Origin: Dehalococcoidia bacterium
GTDB lineage: Bacteria > Chloroflexota > Dehalococcoidia > Lucifugimonadales > UBA3495
DNA length: 64,000 nucleotides
NCBI GenBank assembly: GCA_965205185.1
Contig: OZ242043.1
Span: 967,682 to 1,031,681 of the forward strand
Direction of reading: 5' to 3'
The notes under the pieces are model-generated. The model saw nothing but the letters and a program-made list of their open reading frames with translations. It was not told the DNA's origin and did not search any database. Below, piece after piece: positions 28,933 through 36,972 of the stretch (its first letter is position 1; every line of letters begins with the position of its first letter). The position numbers and the translations under genes are program-made.

Positions 28933-31239
28933 TTACCCGGTTTGGGATTCCAGAGCTTCCAAGATATGGGCCGGGGTAATGGGCAGCGTGTTGATGCGGG
29001 TGCCGATGGCGTTGGACACCGCGTTGGCAATGGCCGGCAACGGGGGGATGATGGGCGCCTCGCCCACGCCGCGGAGCCCAAAGGGATGGCGCGGGTTGGG
29101 AACTTCCACCATCACGGTCTCGATCATCGGCACATCCAGGCTGGTGGGCATCCGGTAGTCGAGGAAGCTGGAGTTCAGCATCGCCCCGTCGCCGTTGTAG
29201 CAGTATTCCTCGTTCAGCGCCCAGCCGATGCCCTGCACCGTGCCGCCCTGAATCTGGCCTTCGACATAGCTGGGATGCACCGCGGTGCCGACATCCATAA
29301 AGGCGGTGCAACGGACAATGTCCACCTTGCCGGTTTCGGTGTCCACTTCGACGTCGACGATGTTGCCCGCGATGATCGGCCCTACGCCCGTGGATACGGC
29401 GGACACCGAGGTAGTGATCGGGCCGCCGGTGCGCATCATCCGGCCGGCCAGTTCCTTGAAAGTGAACTTGTCTTCGGGATTGCGGGCGCAGGCGAAAACC
29501 CCGTCGGCGAAAGACACATCCTCCTCCTGCACTTCCCAGATAGCGGCGGCGCGGGCGGCCATTTGGCGCTTGACATCCTCGGCGGCCTGGATCGCGGCGA
29601 GGCCGGTGTCAAAGGCGGTGCGGCTGCCCCCGGTGACCGCCGTGTAGCCGATGGTGTCGGTGTCTACCACCGTAGGAACTACATCCTCGGCGGCGATGCC
29701 CAAAACCTCGGCGGCCTGCATCGCCACCGCGGTGCGAGTGCCGCCAATGTCCACCGAGCCGGTGACCAGCCCGATGGTGCCGTTGCTGTTGACGATGATG
29801 GTAGCCGCGGACATCTGGCCCGCCTGCCAGCGGTAGCCCACCGCCACGCCGCGGCCCCGCTTGGCCGCCGGATTGCTCGGCTTCCCCAGCGGCTCGCCAT
29901 AATGGGGATGGGCCTGCATCGCCTGTTCCATTTCGCGGACGCCGAAGCGGGGATGCGCCACGCCGTTGGGCATCCGGTCGCCCTCTTTGGCAACATTCTT
30001 AAGGCGCAGCTCCAGGGGATCAATGCCCAGGATCTCCGCCAATTCGTCAATGACCGGTTCGACCGCGAAAGCCCCTTGCGGCTGGCCGGGGGCGCGGTAG
30101 GCTTGGACTTTCTGCTTGTTGACCACTACATCGTAGCCGTCCACCAGCAGGTTCTCGATGTTGTAAGGGCCGGTGGCGCAAAGGGTGCCGCCGCCCACCG
30201 GGGAGCCGGGGAAAGCGCCGGACTCGAAAGCCATCCAAACTTCGGCGGCGGTGATCTTGCCGTCTTTGGTGGCGCCGATCTTGGTCCGCAGGGTAGTGGC
30301 GGAGGTGGGGCCGGTGCCTTCAAACACATCTTTGCGGCTCATCACCAGCTTGACTGGGCGGCCGGTTTTGCGGGATAGAATGGCGGCCAAAGGCTCCAGG
30401 TAGGTAGTGATTTTGGCGCCGAAGCCGCCGCCGATTTCGGTCGGAATCACGCGCACAAGATCCTCGGGCACGCCGCAAATGGCGGCGGTGGAGCTGCGGA
30501 TGGCGAAAGACCCTTGGGTGCAAGTCCAGACGGTAAGCCGCCCATCGCCGCTCCAGGTAGCGGTGGAGGCGTGCGGTTCGATGTACCCCTGATGCACGGT
30601 GCCGGTATGAAACTCGCGCTCCAGCACCACATCGGCGGCGCGGAAGCCCTTTTCGGTATCGCCCAGCTTGTGCTGGATATGGCTGGCGATGTTGCCCCGG
30701 GCGCCGGTATCCTCGCCGCGGGCGAACCGTTCCCGCTTGAAATGCGTACTCAGGGTTTCGTGGATTACCGGGGCGTCGGGCCGCATGGCGTGATCCAAAG
30801 ACAGCACCGGCTCCAAGACTTCGTAATCCACATCAATCAGCGCCAGAGCCTGCTCCGCGATGTGGGGGCTGGTAGCGGCGACCGCGGCCACGGCGTGGCC
30901 CTGATAAAGGGCTTTCTGATGCGCCATAACGTGTTCGGCCATCAGCCGGACATTGCCCTGGGTTTCGGCCAAGTCAATGACCTGATCCTGGATGATCGGA
31001 AAATCCTTAGCGGTCAGCACGGCCAAGACGCCGGGCAAGGCTTCGGCGCGGCCGGTGTCGATCGACCGGATGCGGGCATGAGCATAGGGGCTGCGCAGCA
31101 CCTTGCCATGAAGCATACCCGCCAACTGGATATCGGCGCCGTATTTGGCCGCGCCCGTAACCTTGTCAATCCCGTCGTGCCGGATCGGCCTGGTGCCGAC
31201 AACCTTGTAGTCGGCGGCGCGTAGTTCGGTAGTGGTCAT
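28933..31239 (-). CDS. Xanthine dehydrogenase / aldehyde oxidase family molybdopterin-binding large subunit
   Basis: Start at the ATG at 31239 ('MTTTELRAADYKVVG'). 'GKVLRSPYAHARI', 'GGGFGAK' and 'RGVGEAPIIPP' are conserved. No FeS or FAD subunit gene is adjacent. Confidence 0.85.
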   Translation of the reverse strand: MTTTELRAADYKVVGTRPIRHDGIDKVTGAAKYGADIQLAGMLHGKVLRSPYAHARIRSIDTGRAEALPGVLAVLTAKDFPIIQDQVIDLAETQGNVRLMAEHVMAHQKALYQGHAVAAVAATSPHIAEQALALIDVDYEVLEPVLSLDHAMRPDAPVIHETLSTHFKRERFARGEDTGARGNIASHIQHKLGDTEKGFRAADVVLEREFHTGTVHQGYIEPHASTATWSGDGRLTVWTCTQGSFAIRSSTAAICGVPEDLVRVIPTEIGGGFGAKITTYLEPLAAILSRKTGRPVKLVMSRKDVFEGTGPTSATTLRTKIGATKDGKITAAEVWMAFESGAFPGSPVGGGTLCATGPYNIENLLVDGYDVVVNKQKVQAYRAPGQPQGAFAVEPVIDELAEILGIDPLELRLKNVAKEGDRMPNGVAHPRFGVREMEQAMQAHPHYGEPLGKPSNPAAKRGRGVAVGYRWQAGQMSAATIIVNSNGTIGLVTGSVDIGGTRTAVAMQAAEVLGIAAEDVVPTVVDTDTIGYTAVTGGSRTAFDTGLAAIQAAEDVKRQMAARAAAIWEVQEEDVSFADGVFACARNPEDKFTFKELAGRMMRTGGPITTSVSAVSTGVGPIIAGNIVDVEVDTETGKVDIVRCTAFMDVGTAVHPSYVEGQIQGGTVQGIGWALNEEYCYNGDGAMLNSSFLDYRMPTSLDVPMIETVMVEVPNPRHPFGLRGVGEAPIIPPLPAIANAVSNAIGTRINTLPITPAHILEALESQTG

Positions 31240-31898
31240 CGTCGCTCCTCCTGGGGGTATCAAGGAAACCGCAATTCACTGCGGCAGGTTTCACTATAGC
31301 GGCTGAGGCGGGATTGTCAAACGGGGGGCGGGATTTGGCTCGGTTAAATTGGCTCTGTTGCATTCTGCTGGGTAATATAACATAGGGGGATGGGGCATTT
31401 ATGCGGGTCAACCGGCAAGCGGAAAACCGGAATCGCCCGCCAAACCTGCCGGACATCCGGCGGGGCGCGGGTTGTCCAGCTTGACGCCCACGGCAAGCCC
31501 GTCAAGCCGCCCGGCCCTCACGCCCATGCCACGCCCCACGAAAAAGGCGCCGCGGTGGATATGTATTTTGACGGGCTATCCCACCGGAGCACCGTGGAAA
31601 ATATCGGGCAATACTTTGACCGGGAAACGAACACCGCCACCGTCTACCGCTAGGTTAGGGATCTATCGAAAAGGGCGGATTCGGTGTTGCGCCCGATGAA
31701 GGTTGCCACCGGCGGCGTTCTGTTAAAGTTGCTTGGTAGCACATAACGCCAATGGAGGGCGATTATGCGGGGAAAGGTAGTTTTCGGCGTCATTTTGGCG
31801 TACCAGCAGTAGGTTTTTTTATGGCGCGGTGGCTTATTTCCTGTTTTGGGTCATGCGCTTCCCTGTTTAGCTACCCAGCAACATTAACAGAACACCCC

Positions 31899-31960
31899 CC
31901 ACAACCACACCCTCCACATACACACAACACCCCCCACATACACGTGTCCACACAACCACA
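31899..31960 (+). other. CA-rich tract with six same-strand CCACA cores (candidate DnaA-box-like cluster)
   Basis: CCACA at 31899, 31905, 31914, 31934, 31948 and 31956. Sits in a gene-poor stretch exactly where strand skew flips. Confidence 0.3.
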
Positions 31961-32110
31961 CAACTGCCTGTCTTTGTCCCGGGACTTTACCCCGTAGCTT
32001 CCCCCATTCAGCGCTGTTTGGGGGGATGAGGTTTTGGCATTGGGGTTATTGTAGAACATAAGTTTGATAGTTGTCAAGGGGTTGGGGTGGGGGATTTTGG
32101 GGTTGGGGGC

Positions 32111-32143
32111 CAATTCATCCTTCGACAAGCTCAGGATGAATTG
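32111..32143. repeat. REP-like hairpin element (CAATTCATCCT-11 nt-AGGATGAATTG)
   Basis: Perfect 11-bp inverted arms. It is the reverse complement of the 21586-21635 unit. Confidence 0.8.
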
Positions 32144-32157
32144 GGGGGTGGGGCGGG

Positions 32158-32236
32158 GATTTGGGGGTGGGGGGGTTGGTTTTTGGGGGGGGGCTCACCC
32201 CCACCCTAACCCTCCCCCTTAGGGGGAGGGGATTTA
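32158..32236. repeat. Palindromic element, inverted copy of 21788-21884
   Basis: 'CTCACCCCCACCCTAACCCTCCCCCTTAGGGGGAGGGGATTT' matches the reverse complement of 21790-21831 with 1 mismatch. Two further half-copies lie at 32241-32290. Confidence 0.75.
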
Positions 32237-32350
32237 TGGAACCCTCCCGCATAAGGGGGGATTTATGACCCTCCCGCATAGGGGGAGGGGATTATTGTTG
32301 ATGGGTTGGGGATTTGGGGGTTATTGGGGTTGTTGGGGGATTGGGGGGGC

Positions 32351-33136
32351 TTATTCGTCTAGTAGGAGTTGGAGGGTTTGGGATAGTTCTTGGGGGGATT
32401 CTAGTTGGTGTAGGGCTTGGGTGTTTTGGCGGGGGGGGCCGATGAATACGGCTATGCCGTTGATGGCTTGGGCGGCGCGGAAGGCGTCCTCGTCGGTTTG
32501 GTCGTCGCCGAAGTAGATGGTTAGGGGTTGATCGGGGCAGGAGTGGCGGATTTTTTCTAGGGCTTTGCCTTTGTGCCAGGGGATTTGGGGGCGGATTTCG
32601 ATTACCATTTTGCCGCGAGTGAGGCGGAGTTGGCCGGTTTGGAGGTAGGGGGCGGCGGCGGCGGTTGTAATGGCGTCGACTTGGGGGGTTAGGTGGGGGG
32701 GGACGGCGCGGTAGTGTACGGTTAGGGTTAGGGTTTTGTCCTCGATGATTATGCCGGGGATTGGGGCTAGGTTGGCGGTTAGGGTGGCGCGGATTTGGGT
32801 TAGGGCAGGGCGGGCGGCTAGGGCTTCGGGGTGGGTGAATTGGAGGTTGGGGCCGCTGATTTCCATGCCGTGGTTGCCGGCGCGGATCAGGGCGGGGATT
32901 TGGGGGGTTAGGGCGGTGATGTCGGGGAGGCTGCGGCCGGTGATTATGCCGACGGTGTATTGGGGATGGGCGGTTAGGGCGGTTAGTTGCTGGCGGGTTG
33001 GTTCGGGGAGGATGGCGTCTTGGGGGCGGGGGGCGATGGGGGTCAGGGTGCCGTCGTAGTCGAAGAGGGCGAGGATTCGCCCGGAGCGGCGGAGGCGGGC
33101 GGTGATGGAGGGCCATACGTTTAATAGGTGGGGCAT
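32351..33136 (-). CDS. otsB: Trehalose-6-phosphate phosphatase
   Basis: Start at the ATG at 33136. HAD motif I 'LFDYDGTLTPI' and C-terminal 'YFGDDQTDEDAF'. Lies downstream of otsA. Confidence 0.85.
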   Translation of the reverse strand: MPHLLNVWPSITARLRRSGRILALFDYDGTLTPIAPRPQDAILPEPTRQQLTALTAHPQYTVGIITGRSLPDITALTPQIPALIRAGNHGMEISGPNLQFTHPEALAARPALTQIRATLTANLAPIPGIIIEDKTLTLTVHYRAVPPHLTPQVDAITTAAAAPYLQTGQLRLTRGKMVIEIRPQIPWHKGKALEKIRHSCPDQPLTIYFGDDQTDEDAFRAAQAINGIAVFIGPPRQNTQALHQLESPQELSQTLQLLLDE

Positions 33137-33169
33137 TTTGGGGTACGCTCGCGATGGTTTTTTTGGGGG

Positions 33170-33440
33170 GATTGTGGGGTTGGCGGGGGCGGGACTGCGT
33201 TGGGGCATAGTTGGGATGGGCGGGTCATTTCGGCGTTGTCGGGATTGGCGGGGGTGGGACTGCGCCGGGTCGTGATTGGGCAGGGCGGGTTTTTTGGGCG
33301 GGGTTGGGATTGGCGGGGGCGGGGCCTCGCCGGGTCATGATTGGATAGGGCGGGTTTTTTTGGCGGGGGCGGGATTGCGCCGGGCGTGATTGGGTAGGGC
33401 GGGAGTGCGTTGGGTCGTGTTGGGATGGGCGGGTTATTTG
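33170..33440. repeat. Degenerate G/T-rich tandem repeat (~60-65 nt unit, 4-5 copies) between otsA and otsB
   Basis: Units resemble TTGGCGGGGGCGGGACTGCGCCGGGTCRTGATTGGGNAGGGCGGGTTTTTT. Confidence 0.65.
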
Positions 33441-34972
33441 GGGGGGTTGGGGGTTGGGGGGGGGTAGGGGCTGCGGATGGGGCGGCGGGCGCGGCGGCCT
33501 ACTTGCATCATATCGACTAGGGAGCGGGCGGCCCATTTGTAGATGTTGTTTTCTTGGACGACGCTGCGCATATTGGCCATGCGGACTTGGCGCTCGTTGC
33601 GGGGCATTTCGACGGCTTGGCGGATGGCGGAGGCGAAGCGTTCGATGTCGTAGGGGTTGACGATTAGGGCGTCGGTTAGTTCCATGGCGGCGCCGGTGAA
33701 GGGGCTGAGGATTAGGACGCCGTCGTGGTCGTAGCGGCTGGCGACGTATTCTTTGGCGACTAGGTTCATGCCGTCGTGGAGGGAGCTTACGACGCAGAAC
33801 CTTGCGAGGCGGCGGAGGGCCATTAGGGTTAGGTTGGGGAGGTCGGTGGGCATATATCGGATGGGCTGCCAGTTATCGGTGGCGAAGCGGCTGTTTACGT
33901 CGTCGAGGAGGCGGTCGATTTGGTCGGAGAGTTCTTGGTAGGCGATGATGTTGGTGCGGCTCATGACGCCGGCTTGGATGAATGTGATGTTGCCGATGTA
34001 TTGGGGGTTGAGTTCGAGGAAGCGGTTGATGGCGCGGATGCGGTGGGGGATGCCTTTGGTGTAGTCGATGCGGTCGATGCCGAGGCCGATGATTTGGTCG
34101 TGGAGGCGCCATTGGTCGGCGATGCGTTCCATTTCGGCGGCGACTTGGGGGGATTGGGCGTCTTGCTGGAGTTGGTCGAAGTCGACGCTGATGGGTACGG
34201 GGCGGACGAGGGTGGCGTCGTCGCGGTGGTAGACGAGGCTGAATTCGGAGTTGACGCGGGCGCCGAGGGTGCGGGAGGCGGCTTCCATGAAATTGTCGCA
34301 GTGGTCGCCGATGTGGAAGCCGAGCATATCGTTGCCGAGGAGGCCGTCGAGGAGGGCGTCTTGCCAGGGGCAGATGCGGAAGATTTCGTAGTTGGGCCAG
34401 GGGATGTGCCAGAATTGGCCGGTGATGATGTCGGGGTCGGCTTCGCGTAGGAAGCGGGGTAGGAGGGCGAGGTGGTAGTCTTGGATGAATACGGCGGCGG
34501 GGCCGCCGTTGATTTCGTCGAGGACTTGCTGGGCGAAGGCTTGGTTTACGGCGGTGTAGGTGAGCCAGTCGGATTGCTGGAAGACGGGTTCGATGAAGGC
34601 GTTGTGGCAGAGGGGCCAGAGGCCCTCGTTGGATAGGCCGTAGTAGTAGCCTTGTTGTTGTTCGGGGGTGAGCCAGAGGAGGCGGAGGGTGTAGGAGGGG
34701 TCGTCGGGGGGGACCATAATGCGGTTTTTGTCGTCGACGGCGAGGTAGTCGCCGGGGGCGGCGCCGTGGGCGATCCAGGTGCCGGCGCATTCTTGCATTA
34801 GGGGGTCAATGGCGGTGGTGACGCCGCCGGCGGGGGTGGTGACGCGGAGTTGTCCGTCGAGGAGTTCGTAGGCGTAGGGCTGGCGGTTGGAGACGACGAT
34901 GATGCGGTAGTCGCCGATTTCGCGGTGGACTAGGCGGCGGAGGCGGTCTCTGCTCCATACGGGTTCTCTCAC
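33434..34972 (-). CDS. otsA: Alpha,alpha-trehalose-phosphate synthase (GT20)
   Basis: 512 aa. 'VVSNRQPY', 'FIQDYHLALLP', 'FWHIPWP' and 'GMNLVAKEYVA' are conserved. The Pro-rich tail is encoded by homopolymer runs. Confidence 0.9.
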   Translation of the reverse strand: MREPVWSRDRLRRLVHREIGDYRIIVVSNRQPYAYELLDGQLRVTTPAGGVTTAIDPLMQECAGTWIAHGAAPGDYLAVDDKNRIMVPPDDPSYTLRLLWLTPEQQQGYYYGLSNEGLWPLCHNAFIEPVFQQSDWLTYTAVNQAFAQQVLDEINGGPAAVFIQDYHLALLPRFLREADPDIITGQFWHIPWPNYEIFRICPWQDALLDGLLGNDMLGFHIGDHCDNFMEAASRTLGARVNSEFSLVYHRDDATLVRPVPISVDFDQLQQDAQSPQVAAEMERIADQWRLHDQIIGLGIDRIDYTKGIPHRIRAINRFLELNPQYIGNITFIQAGVMSRTNIIAYQELSDQIDRLLDDVNSRFATDNWQPIRYMPTDLPNLTLMALRRLARFCVVSSLHDGMNLVAKEYVASRYDHDGVLILSPFTGAAMELTDALIVNPYDIERFASAIRQAVEMPRNERQVRMANMRSVVQENNIYKWAARSLVDMMQVGRRARRPIRSPYPPPTPNPPK

Positions 34973-35292
34973 TGTTGGCCCTCTGCGGCGGGTTGAGTTT
35001 TGGCGGGTGCGGGGTTGGCGTTGGTGGGATTATGGCGTATGGGGCGGGCGGCGTCAAATTTGGGGGGGGGCGGGCAGGTTTTGGCGGGGATTTTTTGTTT
35101 TGCCTGCTATGAAAATCGTGTTCGCCGGCGGCGGTTTGGTCAATTTTGCAGGGTAGCGGATATTTTCCATTGACAGGCCGTCCAAAAGGGACAAGAATGC
35201 TGATAGGGATGGCGCGAAAACCTTAGGCAAGGTTTCCGGGGCGACGAAATTGAAGCGTGGGCAACCTACGGGTGGGCCAGTTTTACGATTCC

Positions 35293-35695
35293 ATAACCGC
35301 CCCGGGATGGGGCGGCGCGATTGAAGCCCGACGAAGAGGTCAATCTTGGTATCCCCCACGGCAGATAACCGCCCCGGGATAGGGGCGGCACGATTGAAGC
35401 ATGAAGCTCCACGAAAGCCCTGAGTCCGCCCGCTATATGTAACCGCCCCGGGATAGGGGCGGCACGATTGAAGTGCCCAGCCGTCAATCGCGGTAACAAC
35501 CGCCTCTAGCATAACCGCCCCGGGATAGGGGCGGCACGATTGAAGCCATCCTAAGGTCAATCCGGTTGACGGGATGATAATCCGATAACCGCCCCGGAAT
35601 AGGGGCGGCGCGATTGAAGCCCGGCGCCCATATCGCCGGAAAGCAGATACAGGCCAGATAACCGCCCCGGGATAGGGGCGGCACGAGCGGAAAGC
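35293..35695 (+). CRISPR. Orphan CRISPR array, 6 repeats / 5 spacers
   Basis: Repeat consensus ATAACCGCCCCGGGATAGGGGCGGCACGATTGAAGC (35-38 nt). Copies start at 35293, 35365, 35439, 35511, 35585 and 35658; the last is degenerate. Spacers are unique and 36-38 nt long. Internal stem CCGCCCC/GGGGCGG and a 3' ATTGAAGC handle. The AT-richer leader side is to the left. Confidence 0.8.
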
Positions 35696-36009
35696 CTCGG
35701 CGTTGCGGCGCCGGGGCTTTGTTATGGTGAATTGCCCGGCAGGATTGAGTAGATTCCTTATTGCTGTTCTCACTGCCTTTGTTCCTGTCGGCGTTGTTGC
35801 TTTTCGGCGCGTTCCCATTTCGCCGGCGCCGGGTCTGCCGCTCCTGGGGTGACGTTGGCCGGTTGCCGGGGCAGTTGGCGGCGGGCTGCGTTTGCTGGAT
35901 GTTATGGGATGTCTTGGGGGGTTGGGGGTGCGGCGGGGGTGGCGGCGTGTTATTATGGGGGGGATGGGGCTTATTCGCGATGCTGCGGCGTTGCTTGTTT
36001 GGGGGAGTT

Positions 36010-36810
36010 ATGGCTTTGTTTGTTCGGCGGGATCTTACGGATCGGGTGCCTACTTCGGAGGGGGAGATGCATTTTGTGCGGGCTGGGGCGGGGTATCCGG
36101 TGGTGCTTTTGCATCCGCTGGGGACTTCGGTTTGGACTTGGGAGTATGTGATGGAGGGGCTGAGCCGGGATTTCACGGTGTATGCGTTCGATATGCTGGG
36201 GCATGGGGGTTCGGATCAGCCGGGGCGGCATTTTAATTTGCCGGATTATGCGCGGGCGTTGGATGAGGCTTGCCAGGTGCTGAATATTCACCGGGCGCAT
36301 CTTGTGGGGAATTCAGTGGGGGCGGTGCTGGCGGCGGAGACGGCGGCGAGTTTTCCGGATCGGGTGGATAAGCTGGCGCTGGTGGGGGCGCCGGTTTGGA
36401 GTGCGTTTACGGCGCGGGAGCGGCTGGCGGAGGCGATGGGGCAGTATGATGCCGATGGGTTGCCGAAGCCGCGGAGTTTGCAGGAGTTGCGGGATGCGAC
36501 TACGTTTGTGAATCCGACGCAGGAGTGGCTGGAGCGGAATAATGAGAGTCGGGCGAGGGCGGGGGTTTGGGTGCGGAATTTGATGGAGTCGCTGGTTTGG
36601 TACGATTTGATGTCGCGGTTGCCGCGGATTCGGGCGTCGGCGACGTTGGTGTTGTATGGGGAGGCGGATCGGCTGCGGGAGGGGGAGGAGTTGTTGCATA
36701 ACAATATTGTGAATGCGCGGAAGGTGGTTTTGCCAGGGATTGGGCATATTCCGCAGGTGGAGGGGCCGGAGGCGTTTTTGGGCGCGTTGTTGCCGTTTTT
36801 GGGGGAGTAG
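36010..36810 (+). CDS. Alpha/beta-fold hydrolase
   Basis: Start at the ATG at 36010. 'VVLLHPLGTS' and the nucleophile elbow 'LVGNSVGA'. C-terminal 'GHIPQVEGPEAF'. Confidence 0.8.
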   Translation: MALFVRRDLTDRVPTSEGEMHFVRAGAGYPVVLLHPLGTSVWTWEYVMEGLSRDFTVYAFDMLGHGGSDQPGRHFNLPDYARALDEACQVLNIHRAHLVGNSVGAVLAAETAASFPDRVDKLALVGAPVWSAFTARERLAEAMGQYDADGLPKPRSLQELRDATTFVNPTQEWLERNNESRARAGVWVRNLMESLVWYDLMSRLPRIRASATLVLYGEADRLREGEELLHNNIVNARKVVLPGIGHIPQVEGPEAFLGALLPFLGE

Positions 36811-36972
36811 GGGGTGGGGTGGTGGGGTGTTGGGGCGCGCGTGGTGGTGCGCCCCGGCCGCCCCGATGATATGCAATTTCCAATCCCCGGCAATGCATCA
36901 GCCCGGTTGCCTATCGGCTATGGTATGATGCCTGCAACCGCCTACGGGCAGGATTAGGATTAAGAGAATCGT

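Noticed and set aside
31390-31997. Small ORFs 31390..31653 (87 aa) and 31752..31997 (81 aa) in the gene-poor stretch
   Set aside because: I recognised no family motif, they have neither codon dialect, and the second reads through the CA-rich low-complexity tract. The first cannot be excluded as a real small gene or gene fragment, and that would narrow the oriC candidate.
35054-36176. ORFs 35054..35818, 35266..35499 and 35484..36176 overlapping the CRISPR array
   Set aside because: They read through the repeat-spacer units (the recurring 'NRAAPIPGRL' peptides are the translated repeat). They are not coding.
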